Shown: positions 24,763 through 37,326 of the stretch, in pieces | How the letters are laid out: every line of letters starts with the position of its first letter | How positions within the stretch are numbered: position 1 is the stretch's first letter | Assembly: GCA_973895155.1 (NCBI GenBank) | Contig: OZ316899.1 | Location: forward strand, 5,335,241-5,399,240 | Reading direction: 5' to 3' | DNA from: Marsupella aquatica | Lineage: Eukaryota > Plantae > Marchantiophyta | Length of the DNA stretch: 64,000 nt | Made by a program: the position numbers and the translations under genes | Notes under the pieces: model-generated | Told to the model about the DNA's origin: nothing | The model's database searches: none | Seen by the model: the letters and a program-made list of their open reading frames with translations, nothing else

Positions 24763-25467
24763 CAAAAGAAGTAGAGAGACTACAAAAGAACGAGGACAAC
24801 ATTGCAACTATCGAACGGGGATAGAGGCACAAAGAAACTGCCATGGAATCACTGACAAAGTTTTTAGGCATGGGAACATTCCAAATGGGAGGCTTGACGG
24901 TAAACTACAAAGGTGTGACCACGGCGATTAGGGCAGCAATTGAAGCAGAGAAGATGGAGAACCGCAAAGCACAATTGCAATCCAAAGTGAATGCGGATTC
25001 CTTAAAAGAAGTTAAGAAATTACAGATGCAACTCAAGGATACAGTGGGTAAGCATCGAAAAGAAGCGCAAGTGGGAAAAAGAGCGAAAGGAGGTCAAGGA
25101 GATAAAGTTGAAATGGGAAGAATTAGATTCCCAACTCCGTCAAAACATGGGTACAACTCTGCCAGCAAATGTAATGCTAGGGGTACACGAGGAAGCATTC
25201 AACACCAAAATTGACCAATTGAGTAAGTAGTTGCACACGGCAAACGAGCAAATTGCAGAATTAGAAGCACAACTAGTGCAAGCGAAGGCTCGGCGACCAG
25301 GCAACGAAGGGAGAATGGAGGAAGTAGAACAGCTCAAGAATGAGAATGATCAGATTTCTCAGGAATTAGAGGATAAGGAACGGTGCATTCTAGACATGAA
25401 ATCCAAAATCCGGAAGCTGAAGGCGCAAAATTGTACAGCAGTAACTCCAAGCAAGAAAATGGGTTAG
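24763..25467 (+). pseudogene. Coiled-coil protein (copy 2)
   Basis: Near-identical to 17734-18416 with different inactivating lesions. Confidence 0.6.
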
Positions 25468-25694
25468 TGGTCGAGAATCAAAGGAGAAGAGTTACGGAAG
25501 CTGTGGAGCAAACAATGAACAGGGAACGATAGTTGATGGAGTAGTAAATGGATATCGAGGACGAATCCGCAAGTAAGTAAAGGAGAATGTAAACCAAGAA
25601 AATAATTAAGTAGAATTAGTGGAGAAACGTCAAGCGGAAGATAATAGATCAAGTATTTAAGGGGATCAGTGGCAGGTAGGAATAGCTTAGTAAG

Positions 25695-26273
25695 ATGGCT
25701 GGGAGACTAACATTAGAAGGCACGACAATTTTTGCTATATGGAGTAGTACCGGATTAGGGTTTTGCTATGAGGGATGCGATACCAAGCTAGGAGATGGCA
25801 GAGATTGCGCTCTGGGGGTGAAAGCAAGACAACGAAGGCAAATGGGAGAAGACCGATTGAACATTTTCAGTAGGGACCAAGGCACTCATATTTGCAAGCT
25901 CGTAGGAGAGGGGAAGCCCATGTTCCGATTTATGATCCGACTTAGGGAGGGAGACTGCCGAGTATGGAATGAAGCGGGGCAACAACTTTTTGGCATGAAT
26001 GGTGAAACTTTCCAACGATAGTTGACTACTCAAGAAGGTGTTGAAGAATTTTGCAGGGGAATCATGTCATCAAAGTGGAACCTGACGTTGGGACGAGAAC
26101 TTGATCAATGACAACGTCATTGCTAGAGGCTAATTGCCGTTGAACGAGTAATTGTTTTTTGGAGCATTAGTGAACCAGAAGATCCATTGAATGTCTATCA
26201 TGTGACATCAGAATTGATAAACTTAACCATTGACAGTTCAGAAACCACGGCTCCAACCACCAATCGCTTATAG
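25695..26273 (+). pseudogene. RPA/OB-fold-like protein (copy 2, premature stops)
   Basis: Same length as 18644-19222; carries CAG>TAG, CGA>TGA and TGG>TAG stops. Confidence 0.55.
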
Positions 26274-26612
26274 AGATGTTCGATGCAGTAGTCTCAGTTG
26301 AACAGAGTATACCAATCGGGAACTACGGATTGCGGTTTAGTAACCGCAAAACAACAGTTTATTAACTGCTATGCAGTTATGTTCGATTAGTAAGTTAGAT
26401 AACCATTTTTTTAGTCAGGCAGTTGGAAACCGGTAATTATTCCGGGAGATAGTATTTAAGGCAGGCAAGAGCGTAGAACAAGGTGTCACTTTTGCAATAG
26501 GTAATCTGGTTGAAAGGCAAAGGCAGACTTTCCCTAAGATCAGTAGATCTGTTTGAGTGTTCCCTACTCAGATGTGAGTAGAATTTTGATGTTGAGAAGT
26601 AAAGAAATCATT

Positions 26613-27270
26613 ATGGCACAACCTGATGAATTGTTCTTGGAGGAGTATATTGTTGAGAGAGTCTACAGGAAGAGATGGTGATTGACTGCGAGAGCATGAA
26701 TGAGGATTAATTCACTCAAAGTGGACACGTTTAGGAGTAACACCTTACGGAATCAAACTAACAAACAACTCATAAGCAATGGAGTCTGGCTGAAGTGTGT
26801 GTGTTTTGAGAATGACAATCTAATTGTCATACACTTGCAGCATAACGGAGTAATCGTTGAATTGACATTCTACTTACGAATAGCCTTTCTTGATCTACTT
26901 AGTAGCGTAAGTAATTGATCAAACTCCTGGTGGGAGCATCAATGAGACGATTGGATCTAATTAGATCACAATCACTGGAAGCATGAATACTAGCAACAAG
27001 GATAGGAAGAATTCCTCACTAATTAGGCTCAAGCCAATTGAATTGTGGATTTGTTCGATTGGTTCGCACCTAATTACTCGTCGGTTAAGGGAAGAGAGTA
27101 TTCCAATTTGTATTTTCACTTATCGTGAGTGGTGCGGATTTATAGAAATTGTATACAGGGAAGGATTAGTATTAACTGAGTCGATCGTACCCAGGAAGTG
27201 GAAAGAAGAAGTAGACATTGAAGAACATCAGCGGAAATTACAGGTTCAGGGTATGAAAACGATTTACTAG
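26613..27270 (+). pseudogene. Two small tandem ORFs of unknown function
   Basis: ATG at 26613 reads MAQPDELFLEEYIVERV.. through two TGA (probably ex-CGA) into ORF 26700..26918; second ORF at 26983..27270. Confidence 0.35.
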
Positions 27271-27404
27271 ATTACCCTTGTTGGACGATTAATCGGTTAA
27301 TACAAAAGCGAATGAATAGAGAAGGGTTAAGTTGAGTTAATCGTAGGGAAGAATTTGTGTTTAACAGAGTGCAACAAAGAAGTCTAGGCTATTGAGGGAG
27401 GATT

Positions 27405-28978
27405 GTTTATAAGCAAACTCCCATGGTTGACTTTAAGAGAGCAGTAATGGATACCATGAAGACATTTATTGTGCATAACTTTTGAGCCCATTGGCAATCA
27501 CAACATTTTAGACAATGTCTGAAAAAATTCCCAAGAGGGACAATTGTTTCTTCAATAGATTTCTCCAAAAATTACACTTTTTTGCCTCAGAATGAAATTC
27601 AGAGTCAACATTGGGACAATAAGCAAGTGACATTGTTAATCCATGTTACCTATAGACACAGGGAAGATGCCAATTCACTTGAAGCTACAGTGGGTAGGCC
27701 TGTGAAAGCAGCACAGAATGCTGATAAAACTCGTGATATTATAGCAGATTACCATTTCTACATTAGTGATGATAATTGTCATGACACTCTTTTTGTGCAA
27801 CACTGCATGGATGCGCACTGGGAGTGGATGGCTAATCAGGGAATTCATGTTGATCAACACTGGGTTTGGTCTGATGGGGCGGCATCTCAGTTCAAGGCCT
27901 GCAGACCATTTTACTACGTTAGTAGGTACTACTCCCGGTTTGGTGCACGGATGAAATGGTTCTTCCATGCCTCTGGCCATGGGAAGGGTGTTGCTGTAAG
28001 TATCTACACCCAATTCTATGCATGCCTTAGTTGGTTTCTAATGAGTGACGTATCTACTGGGATTGGATGACCAAACTTGCAGTCTAAGTAAGAAACTTTC
28101 TAATCTGTGTCTCTTGTATGCTTTAATGGGATGCTCTTGGCAGCCACATTAAGACCGGGCTTGCAACTGAGCAACTAAAAGGCATGAATGGTCATCGTCT
28201 AGAGGGTGCATCAGATGTGGTGAAGTTTTGCAAGGACAAGTTTGCCCTTGGTCAATTGCAGGAGTATGGTGATGTGCTGCTTGTTTGACGTATATTTTGG
28301 GAAATTCCTGTTGGCACTGTAAATAGAAGGAAGAAGTGGGATTGTGATCCAATCAAGGATTGTAGATCTTTGCACTGCTTTTATGGATTTAGTAAGAGTC
28401 TGTCAACACTGTTGCAAGTTTGGGAGCTCAGTTGTTTTTGTGTAGCTTGTGTTGATGAAGATCCAATGAATTGTGAGAACAAGGAATGGGTAGGCAAGTA
28501 TCGCCTGGAAATGATCAAAGGGGTATTGCAAGTAGATGTCAGAGTTGATGTGGAGAACATGGGAGACGGCAAAGGACGGCTTGACAACATCTCTCTACCA
28601 GAATGTGTCCAATTGGGAGATTTCTATGCATGTTGTGCAAGTCAACCAAATGAAGATAATGTAGATTTCTACATTTATCAATGTGAAGAGGTGCTCCACA
28701 CAGTCACAAAGAGTTTCACTGATGGGTACAAGGTACAATTCAAGGCAGGGGACATGGCCTTAAAGGGAAGGTGGTTCCAACCATATCCAAGATCAGAAAA
28801 CAAGTTTGTCTTCAATTATGCTTCTCCTTTCAGCTACTGCCATCGAGGGGAAGTAATTGACATTCGATTTGGTTTGACACCATGTGAGGTGCCCAAGGGA
28901 GGCAAGGGACGAGGTGCTAGATTTTACACACTAGATTCAGACACTTTAGAAGCGATTTATGAATCGCTGCAGGTGTAG
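27405..28978 (+). pseudogene. Sola2-like DDD transposase, 5'-truncated, one probable intron
   Basis: IDFSKNY..QNEIQSQHW..QVT, ISDD..HD, WSDGAASQFK, GHGKG..WDALGSHIK, then SCFCVAC. This is the motif series I associate with Sola2. Confidence 0.7.
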
Positions 28979-29839
28979 GTTTTGTAAAACTAATGGATCA
29001 TGTTGTACATGAAGACATACAGAAGGTCATTGTAGTAGGGTAGGCTACTATTTAGCATTTCCGAGGCTCCTACATAGTGAGATTGTAAAAAAATTCTTAA
29101 ATTTAATGTAAGGCTATCAGTTCTTTTCCACCTTTATTTCACTTGAGGATCAATAGTATGTTGCTAACATGTGTTGGTGGCAACTTGTCGGACAAATGGA
29201 ACCAGTAAGCTTGTCCAGTGCATTGGAATGTTCATTTTTTGTGGATTTGTCCAGGATGGGACAAGGCGGTAGCAGCATGCGGAATAGCTTCTTTTATTAG
29301 AGCATTAGAGGACTAAATTAACCTGCGGCATTCACACAACTCAAATTTTCCCCGTACTAAGGGTAATTGTGGCTAATGATCTTGCTGATGATCAATATTC
29401 AGTTGGCACAAGTTGAGAGCAACTAAATGTGGCTTTGTAATCTTTGGTGCTTCAGCTCCACATTGAGCTAGTTACCTTCTGATTTTTCAATATTACGTGA
29501 CATCAAGCTAAGTTTCAGTCGTTGCCATACAAAATGATAGAACATCACCGATTAAAATTTATGTACACAGCTCTTTGAATGAGAGGAACAAACTTCCAAT
29601 CACCACTGGGGCTGACGATCATTGTTGCATTATGCAAGACGTGAGCTCACATATTGACCAACAGACAAAGGAGAGACTGAACCGTGGAGCACACAAAGTG
29701 ATAGAAGATAAGGTGCATAAAATGCTCATCCAGTTACAATCAAAACTAGGCTTTGAAGGCCTCAATCCAAAACAAAGTATCATTGAAGACACAGTTCATT
29801 GAACCAACCATCCTCAAACCCCTTGCTTGTAGAGGCTGC

Positions 29840-30426
29840 CTACTTTCTGATGCTAAAAGATCTGAACGAATCCACTATATCTGACCCTAGGTCAACAACA
29901 ACATTCTTTAGCCTGCTAAGGCCACCTAGCGCCACAGGTGACTCGTCTACTGGATCCTTGACTTTGCTTTCTTCAAAGTACAAAGCTCGAGACAGATCAG
30001 CTTCCCTGTCACCCTTGACATACCTGATTATCCAAGTCCCAGCCAAAACCTGATCCCTAATCTGGTCTCTCCTATCAATGTCTGAATCCCTGTACTCCTG
30101 GGCCGTGATCCCCATCAATTGTTGACCATTAGCTTCATTCAGTTGAAGCAAATGTCGCCAACCTGCACAGCAAAACAGTACATGTACGTTCCTTCCCCAT
30201 CCCTTATACAGGTGTGTTGAAGTCTGCTGCGAGATCGAGGACCCAATGGTGACTTGGGGTTTTGCATTCTCAATCTGCGTTTGTACTTCCCCAAAGTGTA
30301 GGGACGACCATCACTCAAAACTCCCCCACAGCCTTCATTCGTAAAGCCTCCGACACATAGACCCCATATCCTATCAATCCTGACTTCATGAAGAGTATCA
30401 TACAGGCTAAGCTTCTCCATCTGCAA
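29840..30426 (-). pseudogene. Divergent paralog of the RPA/OB-fold-like protein (one frameshift)
   Basis: GFTNEGCGGVLSDGR/HTCIRDGEG/NEANGQQLMGITAQEY aligns with GFCYEGCDTKLGDGR/HICKLVGEG/NEAGQQLFGMNGETF. Confidence 0.65.
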
Positions 30427-30559
30427 AACTGAAGCACCTCATTCTCAAAAGCAAGAATTCAAAAGTGTCCACAGAAGTTCCAATTACAAGAAACCAGTTA
30501 CAAGAGCCCCATGGATGTCAAGTCTTTCCCTGAGTACTTGCAATCATTCCCCCGGCCAG

Positions 30560-31215
30560 TACTTAAAGCCCTTTCCACAAGGACCCATAGTCGTTCCAGG
30601 ACTTTGAGTCCTTCAAAATCCTTTGATAAGGACTCAAACTCCTTTGGAGTCCTCCCACGAGGGCGCGGGGTCCTTGCCCAAGGACCCGGAGTCCTTTCTA
30701 GTCCTTTCTCAAGGACGTTTAAGTCCTTTGAAGTCCTTGCCCAAGGATTCTAAGTCATTTCCCAAGGACTCAGAGTCCTTCCACAAGGACTCAGAGTCTT
30801 TTCCCAGGACTCTGACTCCTTCCACGAGGACTCTAACTCCTTGCCCGAGGACTCTGAGTCCTGCCCAAAGATGACTCGTAGTCATTTCCCCAGGACTTGC
30901 AGCCCTTGCCCAAGGACTCACACTCAGTCCTTTCCCAAGGACTCTGGGTCCTTTCCCAAGTCCTTTCCCAAGGACTCGGGGTTCTTTCCCAAGGACTAGG
31001 GGTCCTTTCCCAAGGACTAGGAGTCCAGTCCTTGCCCGAGGACCTCTGACTCCTTGCCACTTGAGGACTCCAAGTCCTTCAAAGTCCTTCCACAAGACCA
31101 AGGACTCTATCATTGACTCTACCAAGACCCTAAGGACTGAAGCTCTTGCCCGTAGACTTCAAGTCCTCACGCTAGGACTTGGGCCCTATAAAGGACTTGA
31201 ACTCCTCAGGCCTTG
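30560..31215. repeat. Degenerate ~21-nt tandem array with palindromic core AAGGACT-nn-AGTCCTT
   Basis: Many copies of CCCAAGGACTC(T/A)GAGTCCTTT variants. Confidence 0.85.
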
Positions 31216-32798
31216 CTGTCCAAGCAATTTCAAACAAAATAGTCACAACCCTAGTCTAAGACATGAAGGGGAACGGTTTGAGATAGAAAACTAAAGTTAC
31301 TTGCTTGATTGTTTAGACTATGTTCATAGCTTTGGCTCTTGTTTTCCGCCCTGATTTTATCTGCTGCACATGAAACAATATTCTTTGTTATTCAGTTCAT
31401 AGTACCCAGAAAACCCTCAGATTCCATTTGCTATGGGTCTCTTACAAGAAGCTACAATCGTTTCCTGGAGTTCGAGCACTTGGGAGGAAGAACAAGGGAT
31501 TCAGTTGTACTGCTGGACCATGGAGTGTTTCTCCTACTTCAGTTTGAACAAGGCTCAATAGTTGCCTGAATGAAACACGAGACACAGACTCAGGAGTAAA
31601 GGGAAAGGTGCCAAGCTCAAGAGGTGTCAATGGGGTACGGGTCACCTTGCTAGCTAATTCACTCTCCTGCTTCTGTTTCTTCCTCACATGCAGTTCATTG
31701 AGGTATTCTATGTTGCGAGCAAACAGGAGATTTGATAGCGAGCATATTTTGATAGCGAGACAATAATGGTTCCAAATTTCAGTTGCTTTTTGGTGCCCTT
31801 TACATTTTTTGTGTTTTTTTAAGGATTCCAGATTACTAGCGAGCTCGCTAGCAAAAAGGGAGACCCCAAAAGGGATGTTACCAACCAGGTAGTTGATAGC
31901 GAGTCACTTGCATGTAGAAAAATAGGGGTCATGCAGGAATTATTTTGCTCGTGCGAGTAAAAATTTTACTGTTTGCTCGCACGTTACAATTACCCCAGTT
32001 CATTGGTCAATGTGGGATCCAACGCTGGCATTTAACACTAGTACATTTTTGCAGTTTTTCCGATGCTTCGGTCGCGGCCTAAAAGAGGCGTCCCATGCCC
32101 TTTCTATCGGACATGTCCGATATTTTAAGGAACGGTTTGTCCGATATAACACGCTTCGGAAACTATGGTTCCGATTTTAATAACATCGGACCACGTTACC
32201 CATACAAACTACATCGGACAATTACCGATGACGATCAAGTCGGACTTAGGTTCAAAATGTTCTATGGAGGTTTCCAATACCCATTCAATGGCATCCTAGA
32301 TCCGATACAAAACATATCGGAAATATTCCGATGGTAATAAAATGGCATCACCCTTCCGAAGGTGGTCCAATGGCTGAGGTATGGCAGTGTGTATCCGACA
32401 CAAGAAAGATGGGAAATGAGTCCGATGTGGTTAGTATGGCAAATGTGGTCCAATTCGGTGAATATTGGATAGACCGGGTTTTTGGTTTTTTGAATGTTTT
32501 AGGTGAAGGTTTGATGGTTTTGGTTATTTGAAACATGGGAAAGGGTATGGGAAAGATGGGAAATTTTCAGTATGCATGCATGGAGGATTTCCATCTGATC
32601 AAAGGACTTGAGTGAACAATATATCATTCATTCAAGAAATTCATATTTGAAGCTTGCATGCATGTTAATCTTTTGAGGTACATATATGTGTGGAGTAATT
32701 GTTATAATAGGTAGAACCAGATATATATATATATGTGATTCATTAATGCCGATAGAAGGAAAACATAGAGGGGTTTTACCTACGTAGGGTTGCATGTA

Positions 32799-35700
32799 CT
32801 ATAGAGAGGGGTCCAAATCCTCCACTATGACTACATTTGGTTGATCCTGAACGGTGGATCGCGAGTGAGGGATGTAAGGCATGACAATGGACCACTCTGG
32901 GTCATCCGGATAGGGAAGATAAAATGCTTGCTCCAAATGATGGGGAAATGCAAATGGATCTGACGTTCTCCAACTGGAACTAACAACACTACGTGCACTT
33001 GTCTTCAACCGTGTGAAACCACAAGCATCCTCTTCACAAGTCCGGTTGTGGCCGACTTGATTCATTCAAAACCACTTGCACTTCAACACCACCTCCTCCA
33101 AGGTTGTATGTTGTTGATACTTGATGGTAAGAATCTCCTCAATTTTCCCATAGTGTGCCACAGTACTACGTATGGGATTTCTATCAGATGTGCTACTCTG
33201 TGAATCTTGGATGAACCACCCCATCACCCCACAATCTTGTGTTGCTGCCCTCTTCATATCAAGATGTTCAACTCGGAAATGCCTCCCCTTTGACCACATG
33301 GCTGTTCGAGTTGTGACTGTAAGTAATGGACCATGAACCAAGGTGCGCATGTCACCGGTGGCCTCTGGGAAGTGCAAAACACTCTCACCCCGACCCAACA
33401 AGGCATCAATCTCTGCCAACTTCTCCTTCATATATGGGAGAAACTTTGGGAAGAGGCGTGGCCGTCGACTATTCTGCTTCTCCTCCTCATAATAGGTACT
33501 CCACTCCCCTGCAATCTCTGGAGAGTTATACAACATGAATGTGGTGAGCTGGAGGCGCTCACCAGACCCTAGTAGTCATTCTCCCTTTGCTCCTGTGAGT
33601 CTATCATCCTCATAGTCTGCCTCTCGTGCTGCTTCATCTGTCCATCCCCTTGGAGCATTTGGATCAAGTGTAGACACAATATTTGTACAATAGAACATAC
33701 TTTCTGCTCCAAGGTGACGCTCAGCAATGCTACCTTCCACCCTTACTAGCACGGTTTGACACATACCCCTTCATGACTCCCATGTACCGCTCTATCCAAT
33801 ACATCCAACGACAATGTACAGGGCCTGCAATTGCCACTTCACGCACTAGATGTATGAGAAAATGAACTTGACCATCAAAGAAGGAAGGAGGGAGTGCTCG
33901 CTCCAACTTGCACACTACCTCCACTCCAAACACCTCCATGGCAGCAATCTCATCCTCATTCACCTCCTTTTGACACACCCACCTCAACAACCTACCCAAT
34001 GACCAAAGGGCATCTCGAAGATCCTCGCTGCCCAATCCGATAATAGCAATTGGAATAACATGCTGCAAAAGGCGATGGTAATCATGGGTCTTCAAGAAAG
34101 CTGGCCACTTTGGAGAGTCATCTCCACCAAATGCCTTGCGGAGATTGGCACCATACCCTGTAGGAAACTGCATTGACCCTATACATTTGCGAAACTCTGT
34201 CCGCTCATTCCTCGTCAAAACCCATGGGGGGTGGATAGTAAGGGGATGATCAAGATCATCCATAGATGGCCAAAAATCATGAAGTCCATGCATCCCCATC
34301 TCCTCACAACTCTCTCTCCAGTTGCTGTTTTTCTCCCCATATAGATGTCGGATCAATGACCTCCCAACATTTCCCTCAATATGCATAGGGTCCAATAGAT
34401 GGTTAATGGGCATGTGGCCCCAATATGGAAGTTGTGATAGTGCTGACAAACGCGTCATTCCGCATCTAGCCAAGGGTATTGGGTCAATGACCCTCTCCCA
34501 TACCTCCTTCCAATATGCTGGGTCTTTTCGCTGAGGTTGAGGATGTGTATCTGGTTGACCCAACTCTGTGTCATACAAAAATGGATCATACCTCCATTCA
34601 TGCTCTTCTGGAAGATACTTTGTGTGACCAATGTAAACAATCTTCCGTAGGGTGGTAGACTTTGGGCGTGCCACTCCCTCCAAATCGGGACCACAAGTCG
34701 GGCAAGCTCGGTATCCAGAAGTTTGCAAGCCAAAAACATATCCAAACCCTTGAACAAGAATGGTAACAAAACACCACAAATGTTTCAAAGTAAGTTCATT
34801 TTCAGAAGCAACGTACCTAAGGGACAAATCCTATTTAAAATTGAGCATACATTTATAGATAGACCATGCAATGCAAAGCCATATGTACGTAATTTAATTT
34901 AAAGGAAGTGCCACAAATCCATATTCATACCTGGAAGATCATGCATGGTCCACATAAGAATGGCCTTCAACTTAAACTGACGGGGTAAGCCCCCTGTATG
35001 CACTCGGCCATCATAGCAATCCACTCCTCTCCATAGCTCTTTTAGCTCCTCAATCAATGGTTGCAAGTATACATCAATTTGCTTCACTTGCTTAGGACCA
35101 GGGATAATCATGGACAGGATCAAATGACCCTTCTTCATGGCCATCCATGGTGGGATGTTGTAGTTAGTGAGGACTACTGGCCATACTGAGTATGGTTGGG
35201 TCTTGCCAGCCATTGCAAAAGGGCTTATACCATCTGACGCCAAACCAAGGCGAACGTGACGAGGATCAGTCTTGAAATCACCCCAACAATCCTCCACAAA
35301 TTTGTTTGCAAGGGAGTCAACCATCATGCGCATGGTAAGTGGATCCAAACTCATGTCTGAACGATGTTGGGAATGCCATATCATATACTTAGCCAACTCT
35401 GCACATCGAAACTGGTGACGCAAACGAGGAATAAGGGGAAAGTACCTCATAACCTTTTGAGGTACTTTTCCAGTCAACATATCCTCACAATATCTTGGGG
35501 CGTTGCAGGTGGGACATGTCACTGCATCCTTGTGCTCTTTCCTGAACAAAACACAATCATTCACACAAGCATGTATGACTTCATACTTGAGTCCTATGGA
35601 CTTCAACACTTTCTTTGCCTCTTTCCACGATGCTGGCAAGTTGTTCCCTTCTGGCAACATACGCTCATGCAATGTCCTAAAAATATCATCAAGGAGCAAG

Positions 35701-36101
35701 TTGCTTGCTCCGTGTCTTTGCTGCAAGTTCAGTAATAACATGATTGCCGAAAGTCGAGATAATCTGGACCCCTCAAATATGCGAGTTCGTGCATGCTCCC
35801 GAGCCTCCTCCCACTGTTGGGAATGTGATTCCCGTGGAGGAATGTGACCAGAAGGAGGAGGTAAGTCAATGTCCTCCCAATCACCCATGTCATGATCACC
35901 TTCCCCTACATCCATGAACTGGTGCATCAATTCATCCATAGCCTGCTCCTCATGCACTCTTTCTTGGGGAGCATTAGGTACTTCATGTGGAATGTTTGCA
36001 CCCTCAAAACCTTGACCCCCTTCCTGACCATGCATGGCCTCACGGAGATGTTGTCGCATAGCTCGTGATAGTACCTCAACATCTGGTTGAGCAAATGTAT
36101 T
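32799..36101 (-). pseudogene. TnpD/Tnp2-type transposase of CACTA 2
   Basis: IHACVNDCVLFR, LGLASDGISPF, YNIPPW, HDLPG, LDPMHIEGNV, LKTHDY, RWMYWIERYM; intron ~34750-34930; frameshifts and stops near 33730, 33576 and 33066. Confidence 0.95.
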
Positions 36102-36161
36102 CTATACATAGAACAACAATATTGATATTAGGCCATGGTGGTTAATTAACTTAGTCAATTA

Positions 36162-37217
36162 TTACAGATCCATGTCTTTCTGACCAATAACACATGAAAG
36201 TCTGACTATGTCAAATTTTATATATATACAAAATTGGATGTACATGTATGCATATATGTGCTTTGAAGGATGACAGCGTATGGCCATCTTAGGCGCATCC
36301 CAATCATAGTCATAAAATATCTCCTCACCAGCCCTAATAGTCCGTATGGCTACAGTCATAATATGGTCATCCATATGCTTGACATAGTAATGTGGTGGTG
36401 GTGCCCCAAAAATTTGAACCCACTCTACATTTGGTTCAAGTCCTCTCTCTCTCCCTTTGGTACTATTGATGTACCCAGCGATGTTATCACATCGCACAGG
36501 ATCACCATCAATCATTCTACAATGCCAAGGCCTCTTGAGGACCTCATCCGGATCAGAATCCATCTGCAATGCATACACCCCCCATGCTGGTTGTTGCCGC
36601 AAAATAATGTTCCAGTTTTTGGCAGTGTATATGGCACCAATATAAGGAAACAAGTGCTCCCCATCATAACCTCTTCGCCACGGCTTTGGATGGACCACAA
36701 TGTCCTCCATAGCAAATAACCCAAGTCCTACATCAACACCAAGGGAGGATGGCTTGACTATCCATTGACGCCCCCATATCTCTACAGGGGCATCGGTGGG
36801 TATGCCAGGAGTGATTCTAAATATCTCAGATGAGAAATCCTTCAAGACAGTCATTGCCTTTCCTGTGAGATATGACAACCCCAACCTACCCTCCACTACC
36901 ACATAATCCTCACCCCGCTCTACCAAAGCAGCATGGACCAAATTTGGGCCTAGGGACTCGTGAGTGGCCAAAGGTTCATAATGTCTCCGATATCTATGGG
37001 AGCGAGGTCGGGTGCGTAGAACCCTAGTACATGGAGGTGCCTCTGGCTCACCCATCTCCGTGTCCTCCATTGGTCCCGGTATAGTTTGGGCCTCAACATG
37101 GGGAGGATTATGAGGAAGGGGTGTAGAAGTTGATGCAAGTAGCCCTCTTGCACAACCCAAAAATGTCTCTAGCCACAGGTCATTAGAGACCAATGGACGG
37201 CGGGGCCTATGGGGCAC
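36162..37217 (-). CDS. SET-domain protein (putative lysine methyltransferase); domain ~36300-36764
   Basis: VKPS..GLGLFA, PYIG, IDG, NIAGYINS..PNV, A.RTIRAGEEIFYDY: SET motifs I-IV in order with no stop or frameshift. Confidence 0.88.
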   Translation of the reverse strand: MPHRPRRPLVSNDLWLETFLGCARGLLASTSTPLPHNPPHVEAQTIPGPMEDTEMGEPEAPPCTRVLRTRPRSHRYRRHYEPLATHESLGPNLVHAALVERGEDYVVVEGRLGLSYLTGKAMTVLKDFSSEIFRITPGIPTDAPVEIWGRQWIVKPSSLGVDVGLGLFAMEDIVVHPKPWRRGYDGEHLFPYIGAIYTAKNWNIILRQQPAWGVYALQMDSDPDEVLKRPWHCRMIDGDPVRCDNIAGYINSTKGRERGLEPNVEWVQIFGAPPPHYYVKHMDDHIMTVAIRTIRAGEEIFYDYDWDAPKMAIRCHPSKHIYAYMYIQFCIYIKFDIVRLSCVIGQKDMDL

Positions 37218-37326
37218 CTATTCATTCACAAATAAACCCAAAATTAATACATGTATGATGATGCGCAATAAGGGGCAACTTGTGTTTCCTCCACAAATTA
37301 GTCCGGTTAAAAGGTAGGGAGCATAC

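Larger units (their letters stand above)
24110..26405. repeat. Long direct repeat, copy 2
   Basis: See copy 1. Plus-strand ends are TGTTGG at 24110 and ..GATAACCA at 26405. Confidence 0.88.

Noticed and set aside
27392-27406. PPT plus LTR start (GAGGGAGGATTG)
   Set aside because: The following sequence reads directly as transposase coding sequence and no matching LTR exists in the window.
18644-30426. Helitron as carrier of the RPA-like ORFs
   Set aside because: No Rep/PIF1 helicase motifs or convincing hairpin-CTRR end was seen.
30511-31294. Protein-coding ORFs over the 21-nt array
   Set aside because: They are open in several frames on both strands because of the repeat; no domain features.
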